From contig JANNEA010000188.1 in NCBI GenBank assembly GCA_031388175.1, positions 1-41,805 on the forward strand: 41,805 nucleotides of DNA, written 5' to 3'. Of the stretch, positions 1-7,254 are shown piece after piece. The translations under genes were made by a program, and so were the position numbers. Source of the DNA: Gammaproteobacteria bacterium (GTDB taxonomy: Bacteria > Pseudomonadota > Gammaproteobacteria > Natronospirales > JANNEA01). The first letter of the stretch is position 1. Each line of letters starts with the position of its first letter. The notes under the pieces were generated by a model. It had not been told where the DNA came from. It worked only from the letters and a program-made list of their open reading frames with translations, and did not search any database.

Positions 1-11
1 CCCGCAAACGG

Positions 12-134
12 ATGAAGAAACCCGTAAGCAAGGGCCCCAAGACCACTGCCTGGCGCGACATCGAGGACCTGCACGAAGCCCAGCGCTTGAAGCGCGCGTT
101 GTCCGAGTTCTACGACGACGACAAAGAGAAATGA
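12..134 (+). CDS. Small protein, DUF3545/PA3496-like (40 aa; may extend upstream of the window)
   Basis: Manual translation MKKPVSKGPKTTAWRDIEDLHEAQRLKRALSEFYDDDKEK*. The WRDIE...RLKRAL pattern resembles DUF3545-type small proteins. Host-like codon use. Below the ORF track cutoff. Confidence 0.55.
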   Translation: MKKPVSKGPKTTAWRDIEDLHEAQRLKRALSEFYDDDKEK

Positions 135-154
135 AGGGTTAGGTCTTGGAACTG

Positions 155-179
155 TCATGCCGCCCACTGGGCGGCATGA
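155..179. promoter_or_regulatory. Perfect 12-bp inverted repeat: terminator of the small ORF or TetR operator
   Basis: TCATGCCGCCCA-C-TGGGCGGCATGA, between the small ORF stop (134) and the TetR start (214). Confidence 0.5.
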
Positions 180-213
180 AACTTTAGGGACCTGACCCCT
201 TATCCTGTCCGGC

Positions 214-825
214 ATGCCTGCGGTCCCCGCCCGCCCCGCCACCCGCCTCCGGCCCCCAAAGCAGGTCCGCAGCCAGCGCACTCTCGAGCGTCTGCTGGCC
301 GCCGCCGAGTCGCTCCTGGCCGACCGGCCCTGGGACGAGATCGGTGTCGCCGAGCTCTGCGCCACGGCTGAGACCTCGGTCGGCGCGTTCTACACCCGGT
401 TCCCGGACAAGGATGCGCTGCTCGACCTGCTGGCCGAGCGCTACCGCGCCGACATGGCACGCTTCGCCGAGCAGCTCGGCGCGGCGGTGCGCGCAGCACC
501 CCAGCGCGACCGCGAGCAGGCGCTGCGCAATTTCATCAAGTCGCTGGTCAAAGCGCACCGCTCGCGTCGTGCGCTGCTGCGCGCGCTGGCCTTGCGCGCG
601 CTGCTGCGCGGCGCGCCGTTCCCGCAGCTGTCGGTCGGCGAGCTGGCCGAGCAGATCCGCTTCCCGGGCACCGACGCACGCAGCGCGGTGTTGTTCGTCG
701 AAGCTGCGGTCGCGCTGCTGCGGGGAAGGATCGTGTTCCCGGAACTGTGGGAAGCGGGTGGCGACGATGACGAGGCGCTGGTGGCGCAGCTGATGGCGCT
801 GGGCCGCGCGCTGCTCGGGACCTAG
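214..825 (+). CDS. TetR/AcrR family transcriptional regulator
   Basis: N-terminal HTH: QVRSQRTLERLLAAA...IGVAELCATAETSVGAFYTRFPDKDALL. Confidence 0.9.
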   Translation: MPAVPARPATRLRPPKQVRSQRTLERLLAAAESLLADRPWDEIGVAELCATAETSVGAFYTRFPDKDALLDLLAERYRADMARFAEQLGAAVRAAPQRDREQALRNFIKSLVKAHRSRRALLRALALRALLRGAPFPQLSVGELAEQIRFPGTDARSAVLFVEAAVALLRGRIVFPELWEAGGDDDEALVAQLMALGRALLGT

Positions 826-3800
826 TGGAAGTCGCGGCTGCGCGTGAGCAGCTTGCCGAGCAGCCGGGTCTGGTCCTCGAGCCTGCCCGCGATCAGATGC
901 ACCACCTGCTCCTGTCGCTGCAGCACGCCTGACACGACCATCAATCGCGCGCCGAGCAGCACCTTGCGGCTCCGCTCGGCCAGGTCGCGCCAGACGATGA
1001 CGTTGACGCTGCCGGTCTCGTCCTCGAGCGTCATGAAGGTCACGCCGCTCGCGGTGCCGGGCCGCTGGCGGTTGATCACGATGCCGGCGGCGCGCAGCGG
1101 CGTGCCATTGCGCGCGGCGTTGACCTCGGCGGCGGTGCGCACCGACAGGCGCATCAAGCGCTCACGCAACAGCGCCAGCGGGTGGCGGCCGAGCGTGAGC
1201 CCCAGCCGCGCGTAATCCTGGATGAGGTCCTCGCCCTCGGTCGGCTTGCTGAGCATGGGCACGCCCTCGGTGAAGGTCGGTGTGCCGAGCACCGGCAGCG
1301 CCTCCTCCACGCCGGCCACCGCCCAACGCGCGCGATGCCGGTGCCCGGCGAGGCTCGCGAGCGCACCGGCCGCGGCCAGGGCATCGAGCGCACCACGGTC
1401 GAGCGCGGCACGCGCCGCGAGATCGTCCACGCGGAGGTACGGCCCTTTGCTTCGCGCGGCGACAACACGCTGCCCGGCCTCGGCATCGAGCCCGCGCACC
1501 ATGCGCAACCCGAGGCGCAGCGCGGGCCCGGAAATCGGTATCAGAGTCGATTTCGGGGAAATCGACTCTGATACCGATTTCTCCGATTTCTCGCGACGCT
1601 CCAACGCGCAGTCCCAGCCGCTCGCGTTGGCATCGGCGGCGCGCACCTCCACCCCATGGCGCTGCGCGTCCTGCACCAATTGCGCCGGCGCATAGAACCC
1701 CATCGGCTGCGAGTCGAGCAAGCCGGCGGTGAACGCCGCCGGCTCATGGCGCTTGAGCCAGGCCGAGACGTAGACCAGCAGCGCGAACGACGCGGCATGC
1801 GATTCGGGGAAGCCGTACTCGCCGAAGCCCTGCAGCTGGTGGTAGAGCTGCTCGGCGAACCCGAGCGGGTAGCCGCGCGCGAGCATGCCGTCGATCAGCT
1901 TGGTGCGGAACGGTTCGATGCCGCCCTTGCGCTTCCAGGCCGCCATCGCACGCCGCAACTGGTCAGCCTCACCGCCGGTGAAGCCGGCTGCGACCACCGC
2001 GAGCTGCATCGCCTGCTCCTGGAAGATCGGCACGCCGAGCGTGCGCGCGAGCACTGCGCGCACCGCATCGCTCGGGTAGCTCACCGGCTCCTCGCCGGTG
2101 CGACGCCTGAGGTAGGGATGCACCATGTCGCCCTGGATCGGTCCCGGCCGGACAATCGCGACCTCGATCACCAGATCGTAGAAGCAGGCGGGCTTGAGCC
2201 GCGGCAGCATCGACATCTGCGCGCGTGATTCGATCTGGAACACGCCGACGGTGTCGGCGGCCTGGATCATCGCGTAGGTCGCCGGGTCCTCAGCCGGGAC
2301 CTCGGCCAGCCCCATGCGCCCACCGCGGAAGCGGTTGATGTGGTCGAAGGCGCGGCGGATCGCGGAGAGCATGCCGAGCGCAAGCACGTCGACCTTGAGC
2401 AGGCCCAAGGCATCGAGGTCGTCCTTGTCCCACTGGATCACGGTGCGCTCGTCCATCGCCGCGTTCTCGATCGGGACCAGTTCGCATAGCAGGCCGCGTG
2501 CGATGACGAAACCGCCGACGTGCTGTGACAGGTGGCGCGGGAAGCCGAGCAGTTGGCGCACCAACACCGCGAGGCGATGCACGATCGGGCTGTCGGGGGC
2601 CATGCCGGCCTCGGCCAGGCGCTCGGCGCTCATCTCCTTGCCGTCCCACCACTGGAAGGCGTTCGAAAGCCTGTCGACCTGGGCTGGATCGAGGCCGAGC
2701 GCGCGGCCGACATCGCGGATCGCGCTACGCGGGCGGTAGGAGATCACGGTGGCGGTCAGCGCGGTGCGCTCGCGGCCGTACTTGGCGTAGATGTACTGGA
2801 TCACCTCTTCGCGCCGCTCATGCTCGAAATCCACGTCGATGTCGGGCGGTTCGTTGCGCTCCTTCGAGATGAAGCGCTCGAACAGCATGCTCATGCGGGC
2901 AGGGTCCACCTCGGTGATGCCGAGGCAGTAGCAGACCGCGGAGTTCGCGGCCGAACCGCGGCCCTGGCACAGGATCCCCTGGCGTCGCGCGAAGGCCACC
3001 AGGTCATGGACAGTGAGGAAGTAGGCCTCGTAGCCGAGCTCGCCGATGAGGCGGAGCTCGTGCTCGATCTGGGTCACGACCTCGAGGGAGGCACCGAGCG
3101 GCCAGCGCGCGCGCAAGCCCGCTTCGGTCAGGCGTCGCAGGTGCGTGGCCGGCGTGCTGCCGGCGGGAACCAGTTCCTCGGGGTACTCGTAGCGCAGCTC
3201 GTCGAGCGAGAAACGGCAGCCCGCGGCGAGCGCGACGCTCTCGGCCATCAGCGCGGGCGGATGAAGGCGCGCCATGCGTTCGCGCCGCCGCAGGTGACGC
3301 TCGCCGTTCGGCATCAGCGCCAGGCCGCAGGCCGCGACCGGCAGCTTCAGTCGGATCGCGGTCAGCACGTCGTGCAGTGCGCGCCGGCCGCGGGCGTGCA
3401 TCACGGCGCCGCCGGTGGCGACGCAGCGCAACCCAAGCTCAACGCCGAGCGCGGTGAGCGCTGCCAGGCGCTCGCGTTCATCGCCGCTGGCGTGCAGCTC
3501 GACCGCCAGGCGCCCGGCGCCGCCGAACGCGCCCTTGAACCAACGCCCCCGTTCTCGTTCTTGATCTTCCCTTTCGTCTTTCCCCTCTCCTCTTTCCTCT
3601 TCCGGCACCCACAACGCATACACGCTCGCCCTCGGCACCCCTTCGAGGTCGGCGCGCGTGAGGTGGTAGCTGCCCTTCTCTGCCGCGCGCCGGCCGCGGG
3701 TGATCAGCTTGGCGAGCCAGGCGTAACCGGCGCGATCGCGTGCCAGCAACACCAGCCGCGTGCCGCAGTCGAGCGTGAACTCGCTGCCGATGATCAGTGC

Positions 3801-3995
3801 GAACGCCGCATCGCGCGCCGCGAGGTGGGCGCGCACCACGCCGGCCACCGAGCACTCGTCGGTGATCGCGAGTGCGGAGTAACCGAGCGCACGCGCGCGC
3901 GCGACAAGTTCCTCGGGTTGCGAGGCACCGCGCAGGAAACTGAAGCTCGAGATGCAATGCAGCTCGGCGTAATCGAGCGCCGCTGGCTTGTTCAT
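822..3995 (-). CDS. dnaE2: Error-prone DNA polymerase DnaE2 (ImuC)
   Basis: YAELHCISSFSFLRGAS PHP start, QGRGSAANSAVC, EPPDIDVDFEH, GFPESHAASFA, C-terminal SRDFH. Start placed at ATG 3995 (MNKPAALDY). Confidence 0.97.
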   Translation of the reverse strand: MNKPAALDYAELHCISSFSFLRGASQPEELVARARALGYSALAITDECSVAGVVRAHLAARDAAFALIIGSEFTLDCGTRLVLLARDRAGYAWLAKLITRGRRAAEKGSYHLTRADLEGVPRASVYALWVPEEERGEGKDEREDQERERGRWFKGAFGGAGRLAVELHASGDERERLAALTALGVELGLRCVATGGAVMHARGRRALHDVLTAIRLKLPVAACGLALMPNGERHLRRRERMARLHPPALMAESVALAAGCRFSLDELRYEYPEELVPAGSTPATHLRRLTEAGLRARWPLGASLEVVTQIEHELRLIGELGYEAYFLTVHDLVAFARRQGILCQGRGSAANSAVCYCLGITEVDPARMSMLFERFISKERNEPPDIDVDFEHERREEVIQYIYAKYGRERTALTATVISYRPRSAIRDVGRALGLDPAQVDRLSNAFQWWDGKEMSAERLAEAGMAPDSPIVHRLAVLVRQLLGFPRHLSQHVGGFVIARGLLCELVPIENAAMDERTVIQWDKDDLDALGLLKVDVLALGMLSAIRRAFDHINRFRGGRMGLAEVPAEDPATYAMIQAADTVGVFQIESRAQMSMLPRLKPACFYDLVIEVAIVRPGPIQGDMVHPYLRRRTGEEPVSYPSDAVRAVLARTLGVPIFQEQAMQLAVVAAGFTGGEADQLRRAMAAWKRKGGIEPFRTKLIDGMLARGYPLGFAEQLYHQLQGFGEYGFPESHAASFALLVYVSAWLKRHEPAAFTAGLLDSQPMGFYAPAQLVQDAQRHGVEVRAADANASGWDCALERREKSEKSVSESISPKSTLIPISGPALRLGLRMVRGLDAEAGQRVVAARSKGPYLRVDDLAARAALDRGALDALAAAGALASLAGHRHRARWAVAGVEEALPVLGTPTFTEGVPMLSKPTEGEDLIQDYARLGLTLGRHPLALLRERLMRLSVRTAAEVNAARNGTPLRAAGIVINRQRPGTASGVTFMTLEDETGSVNVIVWRDLAERSRKVLLGARLMVVSGVLQRQEQVVHLIAGRLEDQTRLLGKLLTRSRDFH
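1531..1581. repeat. REP-like perfect 24-bp hairpin inserted in frame in dnaE2
   Basis: GAAATCGGTATCAGAGTCGATTTC-GGG-GAAATCGACTCTGATACCGATTTC. Confidence 0.85.
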
Positions 3996-4005
3996 ACGAA
4001 CGGCG

Positions 4006-5607
4006 TCATGCGAACAGACCGTGCAGGAACCACGCCGCAGGTTTCTGCCGCGTGCGGAACACCCAGAGCCGCGCGCCGTCCGCGGCCTGCGCCTGATAGT
4101 AGTCGCGGGCGATGTCGGCACCGTCCCACCAGCCGGACTCGATGCGCTCGGGGCCCTGCATGAGCTCGAGCGACGCACCGCGCCAACGCGGTCGACCGCG
4201 CAGCGTGGCGAGCGGTTGCGGTTCGGCCAGCAACCAAGTCGGTCGGGCGGAAATAGGTATCAGAGTCAATTTCGCCAACGCTGCCGGTGGGCAGACCTCG
4301 GCCGTGACGAAATTGACTCTGATACCTATTTCCCGCCAGGAGTATTCGGGTCGGTGGTCGGCGATGCAGCTGAGGCCGTGCACGCGCTCGGGCCCGAGCC
4401 GGGCACGCAGCGCGTCGATCAGCGGCGCCGGATCCGCTGCGACGGCCGCGCCCGCTGCCTGGCGTGCATCGAACAACGCGAGCGGTGCCGCGGCGAGCGG
4501 TTCGACCTCGAGCGCCTCCAGCCGGAGCGCGCGCACCGGCCCAGCCAGCGGTGTGCGGGCCAGGTTCTCGTAGAGCAGGCGGTCGAGGTGGCGCGGATCG
4601 CGGGTCGGTGCGAGCAGGCCAAGCAGGACGATCGTGGGCGCCACCGCCTCGATGCCGACGCGGTGCTCGAGCGTGAGCAGGAGCCGGCGCACGCCGTGGC
4701 CACGGGTGGCCAGGCTGCCACAGAGCTCGGCGGTCAGGTGCGCAGCGGCGGCGGCAAGCGACCCCGAATCGCTGTATTCATAGACAAGTTCGAGCGCGCC
4801 GCAGAACCGCAGCGGCGCCACGAAGGCGGTACGCGGCTCAGGCAAGCGGCCCAGCGCGCGGTCGAGCTCGGCGCGCAGCCGCGAGCCATAGCGCCGGCCG
4901 AGGTCGCCGCGCGGCAGCCTGAGCGCGTCGCGCACCTGATGCACACCGATACCGGCGAGCGCGGCGACCAGCTTAGGGTCGAGACCAATCGCCGCGAGCG
5001 GCAGCGCGCCGAGCGCACCAGGCAGCGCGCTCGCGTCATCCAGCCGCTGATCGACGCCCGCGCGCGCGAACCAGAGCGCGGCGCGCGGGGTGGGCGCGAC
5101 CGCGAGTACCGCGCTGTAGCCGAGCGGTGTGAGCGCCACCTGCAGCCTGGCGATCAGCGCCGCCAGACCGCCGAACAATTTCAAACTGCCGCGCAGCTCG
5201 AGCAGCAGCGCATCGGGCGGCTCGAGGCTGACCAGCGGTGTGAACTGCTGCGACCAGGCAGCGAGTCGCGCCAGCGACGCGGCCTCGCGCTGAGGCGCGC
5301 GCGGCGCGAGCGCCAGCGTGGGGGCCAAGGCGAGCGCGGCGCTGATGCCATGCCCCGCACGCACTCCGAGCGCCGTGGCCGCGGCATTGGCCGCGACCAC
5401 CGTGCGCTGCGCGCCCTCGCCCACAATCACCGCGAACGGCGCGGTCGTTGGACCGAACACCTGCAGCGCGAAGACCGGCAGGCGGAGCGCGAGCCAGAGC
5501 GGTGGCGGCGATGGTGGGCGCCCCGAGGCGCTCGCGTCCTTGCGCGCGCGTGGCGCCGTGGACGGCGATGACGCGGGGGGTAGCGGTCGGCGACGAGCGA
5601 GCGCCAT
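4006..5607 (-). CDS. imuB: ImuB, Y-family polymerase-like protein
   Basis: LWLALRLP, FTPLVS..PDALLLELRGSLKLFGG, RPTWLL, GPERIESGWWDG..RDYY, WFLHGLFA. Lies between imuA and dnaE2. Start uncertain. Confidence 0.93.
   Translation of the reverse strand: MALARRRPLPPASSPSTAPRARKDASASGRPPSPPPLWLALRLPVFALQVFGPTTAPFAVIVGEGAQRTVVAANAAATALGVRAGHGISAALALAPTLALAPRAPQREAASLARLAAWSQQFTPLVSLEPPDALLLELRGSLKLFGGLAALIARLQVALTPLGYSAVLAVAPTPRAALWFARAGVDQRLDDASALPGALGALPLAAIGLDPKLVAALAGIGVHQVRDALRLPRGDLGRRYGSRLRAELDRALGRLPEPRTAFVAPLRFCGALELVYEYSDSGSLAAAAAHLTAELCGSLATRGHGVRRLLLTLEHRVGIEAVAPTIVLLGLLAPTRDPRHLDRLLYENLARTPLAGPVRALRLEALEVEPLAAAPLALFDARQAAGAAVAADPAPLIDALRARLGPERVHGLSCIADHRPEYSWREIGIRVNFVTAEVCPPAALAKLTLIPISARPTWLLAEPQPLATLRGRPRWRGASLELMQGPERIESGWWDGADIARDYYQAQAADGARLWVFRTRQKPAAWFLHGLFA
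4249..4333. repeat. REPIN-like element (26-bp perfect arms, 33-bp spacer) in frame in imuB
   Basis: GGAAATAGGTATCAGAGTCAATTTCG (4249-4274) pairs with CGAAATTGACTCTGATACCTATTTCC (4308-4333). The arm is 22/24 identical to the dnaE2 copy. Confidence 0.85.
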
Positions 5608-5634
5608 CGGGCGATGGGTCCAGCAACAGGCCGG

Positions 5635-6372
5635 CTAGCGCGATCGACGCTTCGTCGCACCCGACGGGGTGCGGATCCGTGCGGCGGCCAGGTCGTGCGA
5701 CGCTTCGTCGCGTCCCTGCGGACGCGACGAAACGTCGACCACGAACCTGCCCGCGCGGCCGCGACACTTGAGCACCGTGATGCGCAGGCCCGTGGTGCCG
5801 GGGCCGCGTCCCTGCGGACGCGCGGAAACCGCGAGCGCGAGCTTGAGCGCCGCCGGCGAGGCGCCGCTGCGTTCGCCCCAGCCGCGGAACACGACGCCGA
5901 AGCAGGCACTGGTCTCGGCCGCGAGCTGCAAGCGGCGCAGCGCGGCGAAGGAGACGCGTTGTTGATCGAGCCAGGCGACGACCGCGCCGCAACGGCCAGA
6001 GCGCAGCGATTGCTCCATCGCCCAGCAGCACTCGCGCGCGCTGGTGGCGCGCACGACGAGCAGTTGGGCGAGGTCGAGGCCCGCAGCGGCAAGCGCCGGG
6101 GCATAGGGGATGTGCGGGGGTGCGATCAGCGCGATCAGGCCCAAGCTGGCACGCGCAGCAAGGAGCGGCAGCAGGAGGCTGAGCTCACCGATGCCCGCGA
6201 TCGCGCAGTGGACCTCGGTCAGCGCGGCGTCGGGGAAGCCACCCTCAGGCAGCGCAACGTCGAGTGCAAGCATCTTGCTCGGCAGACCGCGCGAGGCGCC
6301 CGCAGCGGTGGTGCGCCGTCCGCGCCAGACCCTGGGGTCGGCGAGCACGGCATCCAGTTCCTGGGTCGACAC
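5635..6372 (-). CDS. imuA: ImuA, RecA/SulA-like translesion synthesis protein
   Basis: PRVWRG, LDVALPEGGFPDAALTE, GIGELSLLLP, PPHIPYAPAL, WAMEQSLRSG, LRRLQLAA, ASPAALKL. Probable GTG start at 6372. Confidence 0.92.
   Translation of the reverse strand: MSTQELDAVLADPRVWRGRRTTAAGASRGLPSKMLALDVALPEGGFPDAALTEVHCAIAGIGELSLLLPLLAARASLGLIALIAPPHIPYAPALAAAGLDLAQLLVVRATSARECCWAMEQSLRSGRCGAVVAWLDQQRVSFAALRRLQLAAETSACFGVVFRGWGERSGASPAALKLALAVSARPQGRGPGTTGLRITVLKCRGRAGRFVVDVSSRPQGRDEASHDLAAARIRTPSGATKRRSR
5645..5822. repeat. Short hairpin repeats in the 3' part of imuA
   Basis: CGCGTCCCTGCGGACGCG at 5709-5726 and 5805-5822; CGACGCTTCGTCGC at 5645-5658 and 5698-5711; hairpin CGCACCC-GACG-GGGTGCG at 5656-5673. 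Confidence 0.65.
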
Positions 6373-6533
6373 GCAGCACCATCCGTGGTTCGAAGAAGCA
6401 TCTGATCGAAAGCATCTGTCTGAAAGAGTTGCGTCGGTGATGGGGCGTCCTTGCCACATCAGTCCATTGAACGATCACCGAACGCATCCATCCCTGCCGC
6501 CGTCCACCTCCGGGCTTCCCTGCCCACGTATCC

Positions 6534-7214
6534 TTACTGCAACGTCCTGTCGCGAATCACGCCGACCACCACGCCCTCGATCACCATCGCGTCCTGCGCG
6601 AGGTCTAGGTGGATCGGTCTGAAGTCGGAATTCTCGGGCAGCAGCCAGACCTCACGGCCGACCTGCCGGTAGCGCTTGACCGTGACCTCGTCGTGGTTCA
6701 CCCGGGCGACGATGACCTGCCCGTTGCGGACCTCGGGCGTGCGGTGCACGGCCACCAGGTCGCCGTCGAGGATGCCGGCGTCGCGCATGCTCATGCCGGC
6801 GACGCGCAGCAGGTAGTGCGCGGAGGGGTGGAAGATCTTGGGGTCGATCGCGTAGCGCGACTCGACGTGCTCGACCGCCAGGATCGGCTGACCGGCGGCA
6901 ACGCGACCGACCACCGGCAGCGAGTGCAGCGGCGGGGGGATATCGTCGAGGAGGTTAGAAGTGCTGCCCGACGCCGACCTTCTTCCTAGTACCGGATTGG
7001 GAGGATCGGTGATTCGGATTCCGCGGGCGGCGCCGGGCAGCAACGTGATGATACCTTTGCGAGCCAGGGTCCGGAGATGCTCCTCGGCGGCGTTCGGGGA
7101 CTTGAACCCGAGCGTCCGGGCCAGTTCAGCGCGGGTCGGTGGAACGCCCTTTTCCTCGATAAGTGATTGAATCACCTCGAAAATCTGCTGCTGGCGTGCG
7201 GTGAGTGCTTTCAT
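6534..7214 (-). CDS. lexA: SOS repressor LexA
   Basis: [29 protein letters not shown], cleavage site VAAG, catalytic GMSM and VTVKR. Confidence 0.97.
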   Translation of the reverse strand: MKALTARQQQIFEVIQSLIEEKGVPPTRAELARTLGFKSPNAAEEHLRTLARKGIITLLPGAARGIRITDPPNPVLGRRSASGSTSNLLDDIPPPLHSLPVVGRVAAGQPILAVEHVESRYAIDPKIFHPSAHYLLRVAGMSMRDAGILDGDLVAVHRTPEVRNGQVIVARVNHDEVTVKRYRQVGREVWLLPENSDFRPIHLDLAQDAMVIEGVVVGVIRDRTLQ

Positions 7215-7220
7215 GGCTTG

Positions 7221-7254
7221 CTGTACCTATATCCAGTACTGATGATTTATACAG
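7221..7254 (-). promoter_or_regulatory. Two tandem SOS boxes upstream of lexA
   Basis: Minus strand CTGTATAAATCATCAG (7239-7254) and CTGGATATAGGTACAG (7221-7236), both matching CTG-N10-CAG. Confidence 0.88.

Noticed and set aside
186-200. AGGGACCTGACCCCT imperfect palindrome resembling a REP half
   Set aside because: Single short copy with only weak similarity to the imuB/dnaE2 repeat
3996-4178. Longer ORF-track starts for dnaE2 (also for imuA, kbl, Nudix, EamA and the c554-like gene)
   Set aside because: They overlap neighbouring genes or promoters; the family N-termini begin at the shorter starts
6396-6418. AAGCATCTG direct repeat between lexA and imuA
   Set aside because: Only 9 bp twice and not an SOS box; too weak to call
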